A stretch of DNA of 32,000 bases from Prevotella sp. (GTDB lineage: Bacteria; Bacteroidota; Bacteroidia; Bacteroidales; Dysgonomonadaceae): positions 25,125-57,124 of the forward strand of contig JAITVV010000056.1 in the NCBI GenBank assembly GCA_031285625.1. Direction: 5' to 3'. The translations under genes were made by a program, and so were the position numbers. Under the pieces are notes generated by a model. That model was not told the DNA's origin and did not search any database. It was given only the letters and a program-made list of their open reading frames with translations. Below, piece after piece: positions 17,200 through 25,532 of this stretch (positions within the stretch are counted from its first letter, which is position 1; each line of letters starts with the position of its first letter).

Positions 17200-19410
17200 T
17201 TAGCTCAACCTGCTGATTTCCTTCACTCCTTTTACAGTTTTTAGTTTCTTTATCAGGCCATTCAGCATATCTGTATTATTCAGCATAACAGAGATATTTC
17301 CATGGAACAACCCGTCATTAGAATCAATACTGATGGAACGCATGCTGATTCCTGTTTCCTTAGCAATAATAGAAGTCAGATTGTTGATAATTCCAATATC
17401 ATCATTTCCTATTACCCTCAAGGTCACAGTATAAGTAGAACCAGATTTGCCTGACCATTTAGCCGGAATCACACGATAAGCAAATCTGGAAAACATATCT
17501 TTTGCATTCGGGCAGTTCTTACGGTGAATCTTTATACCTTGAGAGGAAACGAATCCGAATATCTCATCACCATAGATGGGATTGCAGCATTTTGCCAACT
17601 TATAATCCACACCTGTCAGATTCTGATCTATTATCAGCTCCTCCTTATTTACAGAATCTTTTTTGGTTTCCGGCGTATGGACAACATAGTTTTCAGCGCT
17701 TATAGCTTCATGTCTTTCGTGTTGTTCGGTTTCCTTTTTTTCCAATTCCAAATACTGATCGATAACTGTATTTATATCAAGGCTCTCCTCCGCTATTTTG
17801 ATATAAAAATCCGTAATCGTCTTAAAACCGAGTTTTTTAATCAGCCGCATCATTATCGATTCGTTGATCTCTATCTTGCGGTTTTTTACACGACGTTTAA
17901 GCTGTTCTTTCGCTATCTCAACCTGCTTATTGGCTTCTTCTTTAAGGCTTTGACGAATCTTATTTTTAGCCTTCGAGGTAACTACAAAGTTTAGCCAATC
18001 TTGCTTCGGGGACTGATTTGGAGAAGTAAGTATCTCTATCTGGTCTCCATTTTTCAACTTATGGCGGATAGAAACATTTCTGCCATTTACTTTACCCGAA
18101 ACACAAGTAGAACCGACACGGGAGTGGATAGAAAATGCAAAATCAAGAATAGTAGCGCCGTAAGGCAGTTTATGCAAATCACCTTTTGGAGTAAATACAT
18201 AAATCTCATCTTCATACAGATCCAGTTTGAAATTTTCCAGTTTCTCTCCGGTATCCAGATTTTTATTCTCCAGCATTTCACGTAAACCGGTTAACCAGTC
18301 ATCCATTTTCGACTGGCTTTTCACCCCTTTGTACTTCCAGTGGGCGGCAAGTCCACGTTCTGCTATTTCATCCATACGCCTTGTACGTATCTGTACTTCT
18401 ACCCAACGCGACTCATTACCCATCACAGTGGTGTGCAACGATTCATAGCCATTACTCTTTGGTATAGACAACCAATCCTTCAATCTCTTCGGGTTTGGAG
18501 TATACAAATCAGCTACTATAGAATATACTTGCCAACACTCAGCCTTTTCTCTTTCTATAGGGGAGTCCAGAATAATACGTATAGCAAATAAATCATATAT
18601 GGATTCGAAATCAATCTTTTGCTTCTTCAATTTATTATTGATAGAGGAGATAGATTTTACCCGGCCCTTTATATCATATTTCAGTCCGGTTTCTTTTAAT
18701 TTCTCATCTACAGGAGCAATAAACTCAGCAATATATTTGTCACGCGAAGCCTTGCTTTCACTTATTTTTCCTAGTATAAAATCATATGCCTCCCGATCTG
18801 TATACCTTAAATAAAGGTCTTCCAGTTCGGTCTTAATATTATACAATCCCAACTTGTGGGCAAGTGGTGTATACAGATAAGAGATTTCTATGGCCAGTTG
18901 CAAACGGTATTGTTCACTATATTTTTCAGCATTACGAATACGATGCAGACGGCTTGCAATCTTGATAAGGATTACCCGCATATCCTCTGCTAATGTAATC
19001 AGCAGATTGATATAATTATCCGAAGCAATGGCTGATTCGGTTACTTCCAGTGCATTGATCTTCATCAGACCAGTTACAATATTAGCTATATCTTCACCGA
19101 AGATATTTGTAACCTCATCTATCATTACAGACTTATGCATAACCGGACGATAAAGGAGCAAGCCCAAAATAGCTGCACTTTTCAATCCCAATTCTTCCAT
19201 AAGTATGATACTTGTACTTACAGTAAGATCTGTGATGCTGCCTATTTTTTCATCTTTCTTATATACACCGTCCGCCAAGGCTTTTTTCACTACCTTTCTA
19301 ACTTTCAGAAGTTCTTCTTTTGTCAGATTAGTATCTAACCCGTTCATCAGTCGTTTAAACTTAGAATAGGTTAATCCGGCATCATTATATGTGGGGTAAC
19401 TATTGTTCAT
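17200..19410 (-). CDS. relA: RelA/SpoT-homolog (p)ppGpp synthetase with a degenerate N-terminal hydrolase domain
   Basis: 736 aa. The synthetase motifs are YESLHTTV and EVQIRTRRMDEIAERGLAAHWKYK, and TGS and ACT-like C-terminal regions are present. The position of the canonical hydrolase His-Asp reads LLLY. Confidence 0.9.
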   Translation of the reverse strand: MNNSYPTYNDAGLTYSKFKRLMNGLDTNLTKEELLKVRKVVKKALADGVYKKDEKIGSITDLTVSTSIILMEELGLKSAAILGLLLYRPVMHKSVMIDEVTNIFGEDIANIVTGLMKINALEVTESAIASDNYINLLITLAEDMRVILIKIASRLHRIRNAEKYSEQYRLQLAIEISYLYTPLAHKLGLYNIKTELEDLYLRYTDREAYDFILGKISESKASRDKYIAEFIAPVDEKLKETGLKYDIKGRVKSISSINNKLKKQKIDFESIYDLFAIRIILDSPIEREKAECWQVYSIVADLYTPNPKRLKDWLSIPKSNGYESLHTTVMGNESRWVEVQIRTRRMDEIAERGLAAHWKYKGVKSQSKMDDWLTGLREMLENKNLDTGEKLENFKLDLYEDEIYVFTPKGDLHKLPYGATILDFAFSIHSRVGSTCVSGKVNGRNVSIRHKLKNGDQIEILTSPNQSPKQDWLNFVVTSKAKNKIRQSLKEEANKQVEIAKEQLKRRVKNRKIEINESIMMRLIKKLGFKTITDFYIKIAEESLDINTVIDQYLELEKKETEQHERHEAISAENYVVHTPETKKDSVNKEELIIDQNLTGVDYKLAKCCNPIYGDEIFGFVSSQGIKIHRKNCPNAKDMFSRFAYRVIPAKWSGKSGSTYTVTLRVIGNDDIGIINNLTSIIAKETGISMRSISIDSNDGLFHGNISVMLNNTDMLNGLIKKLKTVKGVKEISRLS

Positions 19411-19604
19411 TTTTAGCTATTATTCTAATTCAAATAATAAATTGACAACCATTAGATATTATAACTAACAAACTGTTATAATTATTCGACAGTAAAATTA
19501 ACTCTTTTTTGAAAGCGGAGTGCGTTTTTTATAATAGATGTTTTTATTTTTTCATATTTAGAAACTTTATGCTTTTCACGGACAATTTAGTCAATAAAGC
19601 ATTT

Positions 19605-19612
19605 TAACTTTG
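19605..19612 (+). promoter_or_regulatory. Bacteroidota -7 promoter box (TAACTTTG)
   Basis: Exact TAnnTTTG match 55 nt upstream of the ATG at 19667. Confidence 0.45.
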
Positions 19613-19666
19613 CTTTCATTAAGATATAACAATCAAACCAGTTAAAAGATTATAATTTGAATTAGT

Positions 19667-20281
19667 ATGAAAACAAATGATTATGCTAAACTTGAGAAAG
19701 ACTATGACTTTAAGAGAAGTTACCTAAACAAAACGTTATGGTGGAAAAGCATACTTATGATTGCTCCTATTTGCTTTCTATTCGCCGGACTGGTAGGAAT
19801 ACTATATCTGTTTAATAGTGATTTGCTGGTTTCTTTCTATACTATACCTTACCTTATACTCTTTGTAATAGGGACTATCTGGCTTAAAGCTATGAAGAAG
19901 CATATACAAAAAGCAGCAATGGCAAAAGAAGGTGCCTTCCATGTGTGTCTGGCAGCTTCTGTTGGAGATAAGGATGGTTACACCTATGCCATCTTTGTAA
20001 ATAACACACGCAGATATGACAAATATTACATAACCAATCTGGCCAAGGAAATCTCGCTTCATGATATTTTGGCAAAAAATAATGCGCCCTTTAAAAAAGA
20101 GGCTATTATGATTCATGATGAAGAAAGTGATACGGATATGTATATGCGGGCGTATCAAAAAAAAGAAATAGCAAAGAAAAATATAGGATGGAGTACCGAC
20201 GAAGGATATTTCCCTGTATTATATATTAACGATAAAGATGTTCCTGTTATAAAAAGAAAAGATTTAACCAGTAAATTATAA
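19667..20281 (+). CDS. Hypothetical membrane protein
   Basis: 204-aa ORF with two predicted TM helices (WWKSILMIAPICFLFAGLVGILYLF and IPYLILFVIGTIWL). No recognisable domain. Confidence 0.55.
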   Translation: MKTNDYAKLEKDYDFKRSYLNKTLWWKSILMIAPICFLFAGLVGILYLFNSDLLVSFYTIPYLILFVIGTIWLKAMKKHIQKAAMAKEGAFHVCLAASVGDKDGYTYAIFVNNTRRYDKYYITNLAKEISLHDILAKNNAPFKKEAIMIHDEESDTDMYMRAYQKKEIAKKNIGWSTDEGYFPVLYINDKDVPVIKRKDLTSKL

Positions 20282-20319
20282 TTCAATTTCATTTTAACAG
20301 AAATTTCACAAGTCTTTTA

Positions 20320-20327
20320 TACCTTTG
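20320..20327 (+). promoter_or_regulatory. Bacteroidota -7 promoter box (TACCTTTG)
   Basis: Exact TAnnTTTG match 28 nt upstream of the ATG at 20355. Confidence 0.5.
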
Positions 20328-20354
20328 ATGCTCAAAGTTTCAAATTTGTAACTC

Positions 20355-21611
20355 ATGGCTCAAAAAGATTCACAAGACAAGAAATTCGCCACTCGTATTA
20401 TTAGCGAAAAATACACAAAGAAAGATATACATGGAGCTATTTCTTTACCTATCTATCGTAATGCTGCTTTTGAATTTCCCGATTCGGAAAGCATAGCCGC
20501 TGCCTTTCAGTATAAAGAAGAGATTGCATCACATACTTATACACGAATAACAAATCCATCGGTAGAAAACCTCGAACGAAAAATAAAAGCTGCTTCAGGA
20601 GCAGATAATGTTATGATGGTTGCTTCAGGAATGGCAGCGATATCAAATACATTCTTCACCTTGGCTTATGCCGGAAGTAATATTGTCACATCGCCTCATT
20701 TGTTTGGAAATACATTTTCCTTTTTCAAGTTCACTTTAGCTGCCTTTGGTGTAGAAGTACGCTTTGTAAATACGGACAATCTGGAAGAGATTGCAGCAGC
20801 GATAGATGAAAACACATGTGCTTTCTTTTGCGAACTGATAACAAACCCGCATCTGGAAGTTGCTGATCTTCCTGAGATTTCAAAAATATTAAGATTAAGG
20901 AATATACCTATGATAGTAGATACTACAATCGTTCCATGGTGTGGTTTTGATGCACGAAAGGCAGGAGTAGATATCGAAGTCGTCTCTACAACTAAATATG
21001 TCTCTGGTGGAGCAACCAGTATAGGCGGGGCAATACTGGATTATGGTACTTTCAACTGGGCTCATAGTAAACGGTTAGCTAATGTGACCAGAACAGAGAC
21101 AATGTCACAATTCTCTTTCAAACTAAAACGCGAAATAGCGCGTAATATCGGTGCTGCAATGGATCCTGACACTGCCTACCAACAAGCGTTGGGCATGGAA
21201 ACATTACAGCTCAGATTTGAAAAAATGTCCGAAACAGCTTATCAATTAGCTCTCTTTTTATCAGAACAAGATAAGATTGTCAAAGTAGGATACACAAAGT
21301 TGGAGAGCTCTCAATACAAACAAATTTCTGATAAACTATTCACTGGTAATCCTGGGGCAATGCTTACTTTCAGTTTAGGCAGCAGAGAAGCCTGTTTTAA
21401 ATTTATGGATCGATTGCAGATTATTCGCCGTGCAACAAATCTTTTTGATAATAAAACATTAATAATACATCCCGAATCAACTATTTATGGATCTTTCTCT
21501 CCTGAGATAAAAAAAATAATGGGTATTGAAGACAATTTAATGCGCTTATCTGTAGGGCTCGAAGATATTGATGACCTGCAATCCGATATTTTACAAGCAT
21601 TAAGTCAATAA
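20355..21611 (+). CDS. Cys/Met-metabolism PLP-dependent enzyme, O-acetylhomoserine sulfhydrylase (MetY)-like
   Basis: 418 aa. It has YTRITNPSVENLERKI, the PLP-lysine context VVSTTKYVSGG, and the MetY-like ILDYGTFNW segment. It is somewhat divergent from canonical MetY, so substrate is uncertain. Confidence 0.75.
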   Translation: MAQKDSQDKKFATRIISEKYTKKDIHGAISLPIYRNAAFEFPDSESIAAAFQYKEEIASHTYTRITNPSVENLERKIKAASGADNVMMVASGMAAISNTFFTLAYAGSNIVTSPHLFGNTFSFFKFTLAAFGVEVRFVNTDNLEEIAAAIDENTCAFFCELITNPHLEVADLPEISKILRLRNIPMIVDTTIVPWCGFDARKAGVDIEVVSTTKYVSGGATSIGGAILDYGTFNWAHSKRLANVTRTETMSQFSFKLKREIARNIGAAMDPDTAYQQALGMETLQLRFEKMSETAYQLALFLSEQDKIVKVGYTKLESSQYKQISDKLFTGNPGAMLTFSLGSREACFKFMDRLQIIRRATNLFDNKTLIIHPESTIYGSFSPEIKKIMGIEDNLMRLSVGLEDIDDLQSDILQALSQ

Positions 21612-21619
21612 TAATCACG

Positions 21620-21914
21620 AATGAAACTTACACAAACTATATTTCAATATGCTGTTATCATGGACTTATTATTGTAAAGAAAAATGGGAAATACGGATTT
21701 CTTGATAAGGAGAGAAAACTGGCAATCCCTTGCATATATGATTATGCAGTCTTATGGGGGAATATGCATATGTTGAGCAAGGTGGCTTATCTTATTACGG
21801 CATTGAATGAAAAACATAAGTTATATTCGCATAATCTTTTCTTTCACAAAAAAAGCCGGATATTCTTTAGCCAATGGGGAGGAATACGACTTTGATGGAA
21901 ATCTGATCCCTTAA
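21620..21914 (+). pseudogene. Frameshifted remnant of a WG-repeat (KWG-type) protein gene
   Basis: WG-repeat-like peptides lie in at least two, probably three, different frames: GLIIVKKNGKYGFLDKERKLAIPCIYDYA (from 21662), GEYAYVEQGGLSYYGIE* and AGYSLANGEEYDFDGNLIP* (stop at 21912-21914). No single frame has a start and continuity of 60 aa or more. Confidence 0.55.
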
Positions 21915-22008
21915 AGAAAGACTAAAAACCATCTTAACTGACGTTAAATTTACACAGTATAAATATATTATTTATACAATAATAATAATCTTATTCAAAG
22001 AAAAGTAG

Positions 22009-22016
22009 TACTTTTG
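22009..22016 (+). promoter_or_regulatory. Bacteroidota -7 promoter box (TACTTTTG)
   Basis: Exact TAnnTTTG match 50 nt upstream of aroQ. Confidence 0.45.
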
Positions 22017-22065
22017 TGACCTGATTAAATGAAACTCGAAAAATCCGGGCTAAAGAGCTGATATA

Positions 22066-22494
22066 ATGAAGATATTGATACTAAATGGGCCAAATTTAAA
22101 TTTGTTAGGAAAACGGGAACCCGATGTCTATGGGGATACATCTTTCGAGACGTATTTTGCCCGTTTACAACAGATATATCCCAATTGTGATCTATCTTAC
22201 TTTCAGTCCAATCACGAAGGTGCTATAATAGACAAAATTCACGAAACAGGATTTTCATACGATGGTATTGTGCTCAATGCCGGAGCATATACACATACAT
22301 CTATTGCTATCCATGATGCCATAAAAGCGGTGAAGGCACCTGTAATCGAAGTCCATATCTCAAATATTCACACACGAGAGGAATTTCGGCACAATTCTAT
22401 GATCGCTGCCGCCTGTAAAGGCTCTGTTATCGGATTGGGTTTACTATCATATGAGCTTGCGATTGATTTTTTCCTGAAAAAGGAAGAAATGTGA
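22066..22494 (+). CDS. aroQ: Type II 3-dehydroquinate dehydratase
   Basis: 142 aa with MKILILNGPNLNLLGKREPDVYG, ...NAGAYTHTS and ...EVHISNIHTREEFRH. Confidence 0.95.
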   Translation: MKILILNGPNLNLLGKREPDVYGDTSFETYFARLQQIYPNCDLSYFQSNHEGAIIDKIHETGFSYDGIVLNAGAYTHTSIAIHDAIKAVKAPVIEVHISNIHTREEFRHNSMIAAACKGSVIGLGLLSYELAIDFFLKKEEM

Positions 22495-22596
22495 AGTCGC
22501 ACGATAAAATAACGTTTTAAATGGAGTATCTTAAAATATAAGCCATATTAAAGCGGTTAATGTAATTGAACTATATATTTAAATAATAATCCATTT

Positions 22597-24063
22597 ATGA
22601 CTCAGAAAAAAACGAAAATTGTAGCTACAATTTCAGACATGCGTTGTGATGTTGATTTTCTTCAATCACTATACAATGAAGGAATCAATGTTGTAAGAAT
22701 GAACTCTGCTCACATGACAGAAGAAGGGTTCGTTAAAGTAATGACTAATGTACGTGCAGTATCCTCTCACATTGGTATTATGATGGATACCAAAGGACCG
22801 GAAATCCGTACAACAGCTACAGCTTCAGGTGAAAAAATTGCAGTTAAAACTGGCGACAAAATTAAAGTAATAGGAGACATAAACTTCCTTTCTACTCCTG
22901 AACAAATTTCATTATCTTATCCAAGTATCGTTGAAGATGTACCTGTAGGCAGTACACTCTTGATAGACGATGGTGAGACAGCAATGAAAGTTATTGACAA
23001 AACTGCAGACTACCTGCTTTGCGAAGTACAAAATGATGGTACAATCGGAAGCCGTAAAAGCGTTAATATCCCGGGAGTAAAAGTAAATCTTCCTTCTATC
23101 ACAGAAAAAGATAAAAGAAGTATTGAAATCGCTATCAAAAACAATGCAGACTTTATTGCTCACTCATTTGTGAGAAACAAACAAGATGTATTGGATGTAC
23201 AAAAAATTCTGGATGAACATAACAGCTCTATTAAAATCATCGCTAAAATAGAAAACCAGGAAGGTGTTGATAACATCGACGAAATCTATGAAACCGCTTA
23301 TGGTGTGATGGTTGCCCGTGGAGACTTAGGTATAGAAGTTCCACAGGAAAAAATACCAGGAATCCAACGGTTACTTATCCGTAAAGCTGTAGAATACAAA
23401 AAACCGGTTATTGTAGCAACTCAGATGTTACATACAATGATCGAAAATCCACGTCCAACACGCGCAGAGGTAACAGATATTGCAAATGCAGTATATTATG
23501 GTACTGACGCAGTAATGTTAAGTGGTGAAACAGCATATGGTAAATATCCTGTTGAAGCTGTTCGCGCAATGGCTCAGATTGCAGCTGCTGCAGAGCAATC
23601 TAAACTGGATGAAAAAGCAATGCCTGTTCCTTTCAAAGATAAAGAATATGGAAGAACTTCATTCCTTGCAAAACAAGCGGTGAAATCTTGTAACCAACTA
23701 GGTGTTAAAGCTATTGTAACAGATAGTATGACAGGCCGTACAGCACGTACACTTGCTGCATTCCGTAGCAAATGTCCGGTATACGCATTCTGTAATAGAG
23801 AAGAAGTTGCACGTTGGTTATCACTTAGCTATGGTGTGGATCCACATTTCCAGGAAGATGCTGGTCTTACTAAAAACCACAAAGAATATTTCATGAGAGC
23901 CCTAAACCAACTTCAGCTAGACGGAGTATTAAGTGCAGGTGATTATGTAACATACCTAAGCGGTTCTTTCTCTGACGGTAAAGGTGGTACATCTTTCCTT
24001 GAGATAGAAAAAGTAGGTTCTGTAATGGAACAAGGCGAGAAATATTTCGTGCCAGTAGACTAA
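22597..24063 (+). CDS. pyk: Pyruvate kinase
   Basis: 488 aa with KTKIVATI, GINVVRMNSAHM, MDTKGPEIRT, MVARGDLGIEVP and MLSGETA. Confidence 0.95.
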   Translation: MTQKKTKIVATISDMRCDVDFLQSLYNEGINVVRMNSAHMTEEGFVKVMTNVRAVSSHIGIMMDTKGPEIRTTATASGEKIAVKTGDKIKVIGDINFLSTPEQISLSYPSIVEDVPVGSTLLIDDGETAMKVIDKTADYLLCEVQNDGTIGSRKSVNIPGVKVNLPSITEKDKRSIEIAIKNNADFIAHSFVRNKQDVLDVQKILDEHNSSIKIIAKIENQEGVDNIDEIYETAYGVMVARGDLGIEVPQEKIPGIQRLLIRKAVEYKKPVIVATQMLHTMIENPRPTRAEVTDIANAVYYGTDAVMLSGETAYGKYPVEAVRAMAQIAAAAEQSKLDEKAMPVPFKDKEYGRTSFLAKQAVKSCNQLGVKAIVTDSMTGRTARTLAAFRSKCPVYAFCNREEVARWLSLSYGVDPHFQEDAGLTKNHKEYFMRALNQLQLDGVLSAGDYVTYLSGSFSDGKGGTSFLEIEKVGSVMEQGEKYFVPVD

Positions 24064-24082
24064 TATTTAGTTCCATATAAAA

Positions 24083-24111
24083 ATAAAGGGTGTCCGTAAG
24101 ACACCCTTTAT
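24083..24111. terminator. Bidirectional terminator hairpin between convergent pyk and the cupin gene
   Basis: Perfect 12-bp stem ATAAAGGGTGTC / GACACCCTTTAT with loop CGTAA. T-rich tracts follow on both strands. Confidence 0.8.
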
Positions 24112-24465
24112 TTATTCAAAATCTGTTCTATCGTTAGTTGTATCGTTATCAGGCTGAGAAACGAGTAAGAAATCGATAGGCTCCGAAGTTTCATTTGCAA
24201 TATAATGCTTCACCATAGGCTCTATCAATATCCCCTGTTGCTCGTTAACAATTTCCGGCTCACCCTCTACATAAAATACAGCCGAACCTTTCAATACAAA
24301 AAAGAATTGCCTTGCAAAAGAGTGACAATGTAATGTTTCTCTTGTTCCGGCCGGCATCGTTTCAATCTTCACAGATAAAGAATCCCTGTTCATCAGGATC
24401 CAACTGCTACACTTGTCACCCCAAAAATAATGAGGTGCTGAATTTTTATCCACTGCTCTACCCAT
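24112..24465 (-). CDS. Cupin domain protein
   Basis: 117 aa. The cupin motifs include TLHCHSFARQFFFVLKGSA. Confidence 0.75.
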   Translation of the reverse strand: MGRAVDKNSAPHYFWGDKCSSWILMNRDSLSVKIETMPAGTRETLHCHSFARQFFFVLKGSAVFYVEGEPEIVNEQQGILIEPMVKHYIANETSEPIDFLLVSQPDNDTTNDRTDFE

Positions 24466-24559
24466 AATTTTAGAATTTAAAAAGTAACAATATGCTAAAT
24501 TTAAGAAAATTATTGAATAATCTTGTTTTTTATTCGAGATAATTACTAAATAAATATCT

Positions 24560-24567
24560 TAGTTTTG
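24560..24567 (+). promoter_or_regulatory. Bacteroidota -7 promoter box (TAGTTTTG)
   Basis: Exact TAnnTTTG match just upstream of the ATGs at 24584 and 24593. The short spacing favours the 24593 start (MTRKEL...). Confidence 0.45.
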
Positions 24568-24583
24568 TAGCTTACTTATTCTT

Positions 24584-24814
24584 ATGTATATTATGACACG
24601 AAAGGAATTAATACAATTAGTAGAAGAAATTTTGGATGTGGAAAAATATTCTGAGGAGCAAATAGATCATATGCTGGAAGTATTACACAGAAATGTACCC
24701 CACCCTGCAGTCACAGACCTGATCTATTGGGATGATCTCACTCCCGAAGAAATAATAGATAAAGCATTAGATTATAAACCTATCCAAATTATAACAAGAC
24801 ATGTCGCTAGATAA
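24584..24814 (+). CDS. Colicin-E/pyocin DNase immunity protein family homolog (orphan)
   Basis: 76 aa (73 from 24593). TRKELIQLVEEILDVEKYSEEQIDHMLEVLHRNVPHPAVTDLIYWD aligns without gaps to Im9 [46 protein letters not shown] at 17/46 identical positions, including the HP-x3-DLIY[YW] toxin-binding helix. It overlaps the next gene by 14 nt. Confidence 0.7.
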   Translation: MYIMTRKELIQLVEEILDVEKYSEEQIDHMLEVLHRNVPHPAVTDLIYWDDLTPEEIIDKALDYKPIQIITRHVAR

Positions 24815-25445
24815 AGACGAAGCCATAGAAAATTATATCCTTTCGCATATTGATGAGGAAGGCGAATTACTGAAACAACTAAACAGGGACGCTCATGTAA
24901 ATCTGCTCAAGCCGCGAATGCTCTCAGGGCATTTGCAAGGGCGTATGCTCAAGATGTTTTGCCGGATGATACAGCCTAAATATATATTGGAAATAGGGAC
25001 TTATACGGCTTATGCTACTCTATGCCTTGCCGAAGGCGCTACTGACGATGCTGAAATACATACACTGGAAGTAAATGACGAGTTGGAGGATTTTATCATT
25101 AAATACCTGCACAAAACAAAGCTGAAAGATAAAATTCACCTGCATATAGGCGATGCTATGGAAATCATTCCAAAGATAGACCGCACTTTCGACCTTGTAT
25201 TTATCGATGCCAACAAGCGGCATTATATTGAATATTATAACCTTATTTTCGATAATGTGCGTCCGGGCGGGCTCATTATTGCCGATAATACCCTCTGGGA
25301 CGGGCATGTACTGGAAACGCCAAAACCATCAGACAAGCAAACAATAGGTATACAGCAATTTAATGATATGCTGGCAAAGGACGACAGAGTAGAAAAAGTG
25401 ATTCTGCCTGTACGGGATGGACTGACATTAATCTGGAAAAAATAA
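24801..25445 (+). CDS. Class I SAM-dependent O-methyltransferase, family 3 (caffeoyl-CoA OMT / YrrM-like)
   Basis: 214 aa with the SAM motif ILEIGTYTAYATLCLAEG, plus FDLVFIDANKRHY and GGLIIADNTLWDG. Confidence 0.85.
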   Translation: MSLDKDEAIENYILSHIDEEGELLKQLNRDAHVNLLKPRMLSGHLQGRMLKMFCRMIQPKYILEIGTYTAYATLCLAEGATDDAEIHTLEVNDELEDFIIKYLHKTKLKDKIHLHIGDAMEIIPKIDRTFDLVFIDANKRHYIEYYNLIFDNVRPGGLIIADNTLWDGHVLETPKPSDKQTIGIQQFNDMLAKDDRVEKVILPVRDGLTLIWKK

Positions 25446-25507
25446 ATAAATCATACTATTTTAATTATTATTTTACCCTACGCAAAAACACTGCACAGCC
25501 GACTATT

Positions 25508-25515
25508 TACCTTTG
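25508..25515 (+). promoter_or_regulatory. Bacteroidota -7 promoter box (TACCTTTG)
   Basis: Exact TAnnTTTG match 18 nt upstream of the ATG at 25533. Confidence 0.45.
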
Positions 25516-25532
25516 TGACATAAGCCATAAAA

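Noticed and set aside
17502-19338. Seven plus-strand ORFs (64-156 aa) inside the relA region
   Set aside because: All lie antisense to a 736-aa ORF with unmistakable RSH motifs, and their translations are low-complexity and lack motifs. They are spurious shadow ORFs.
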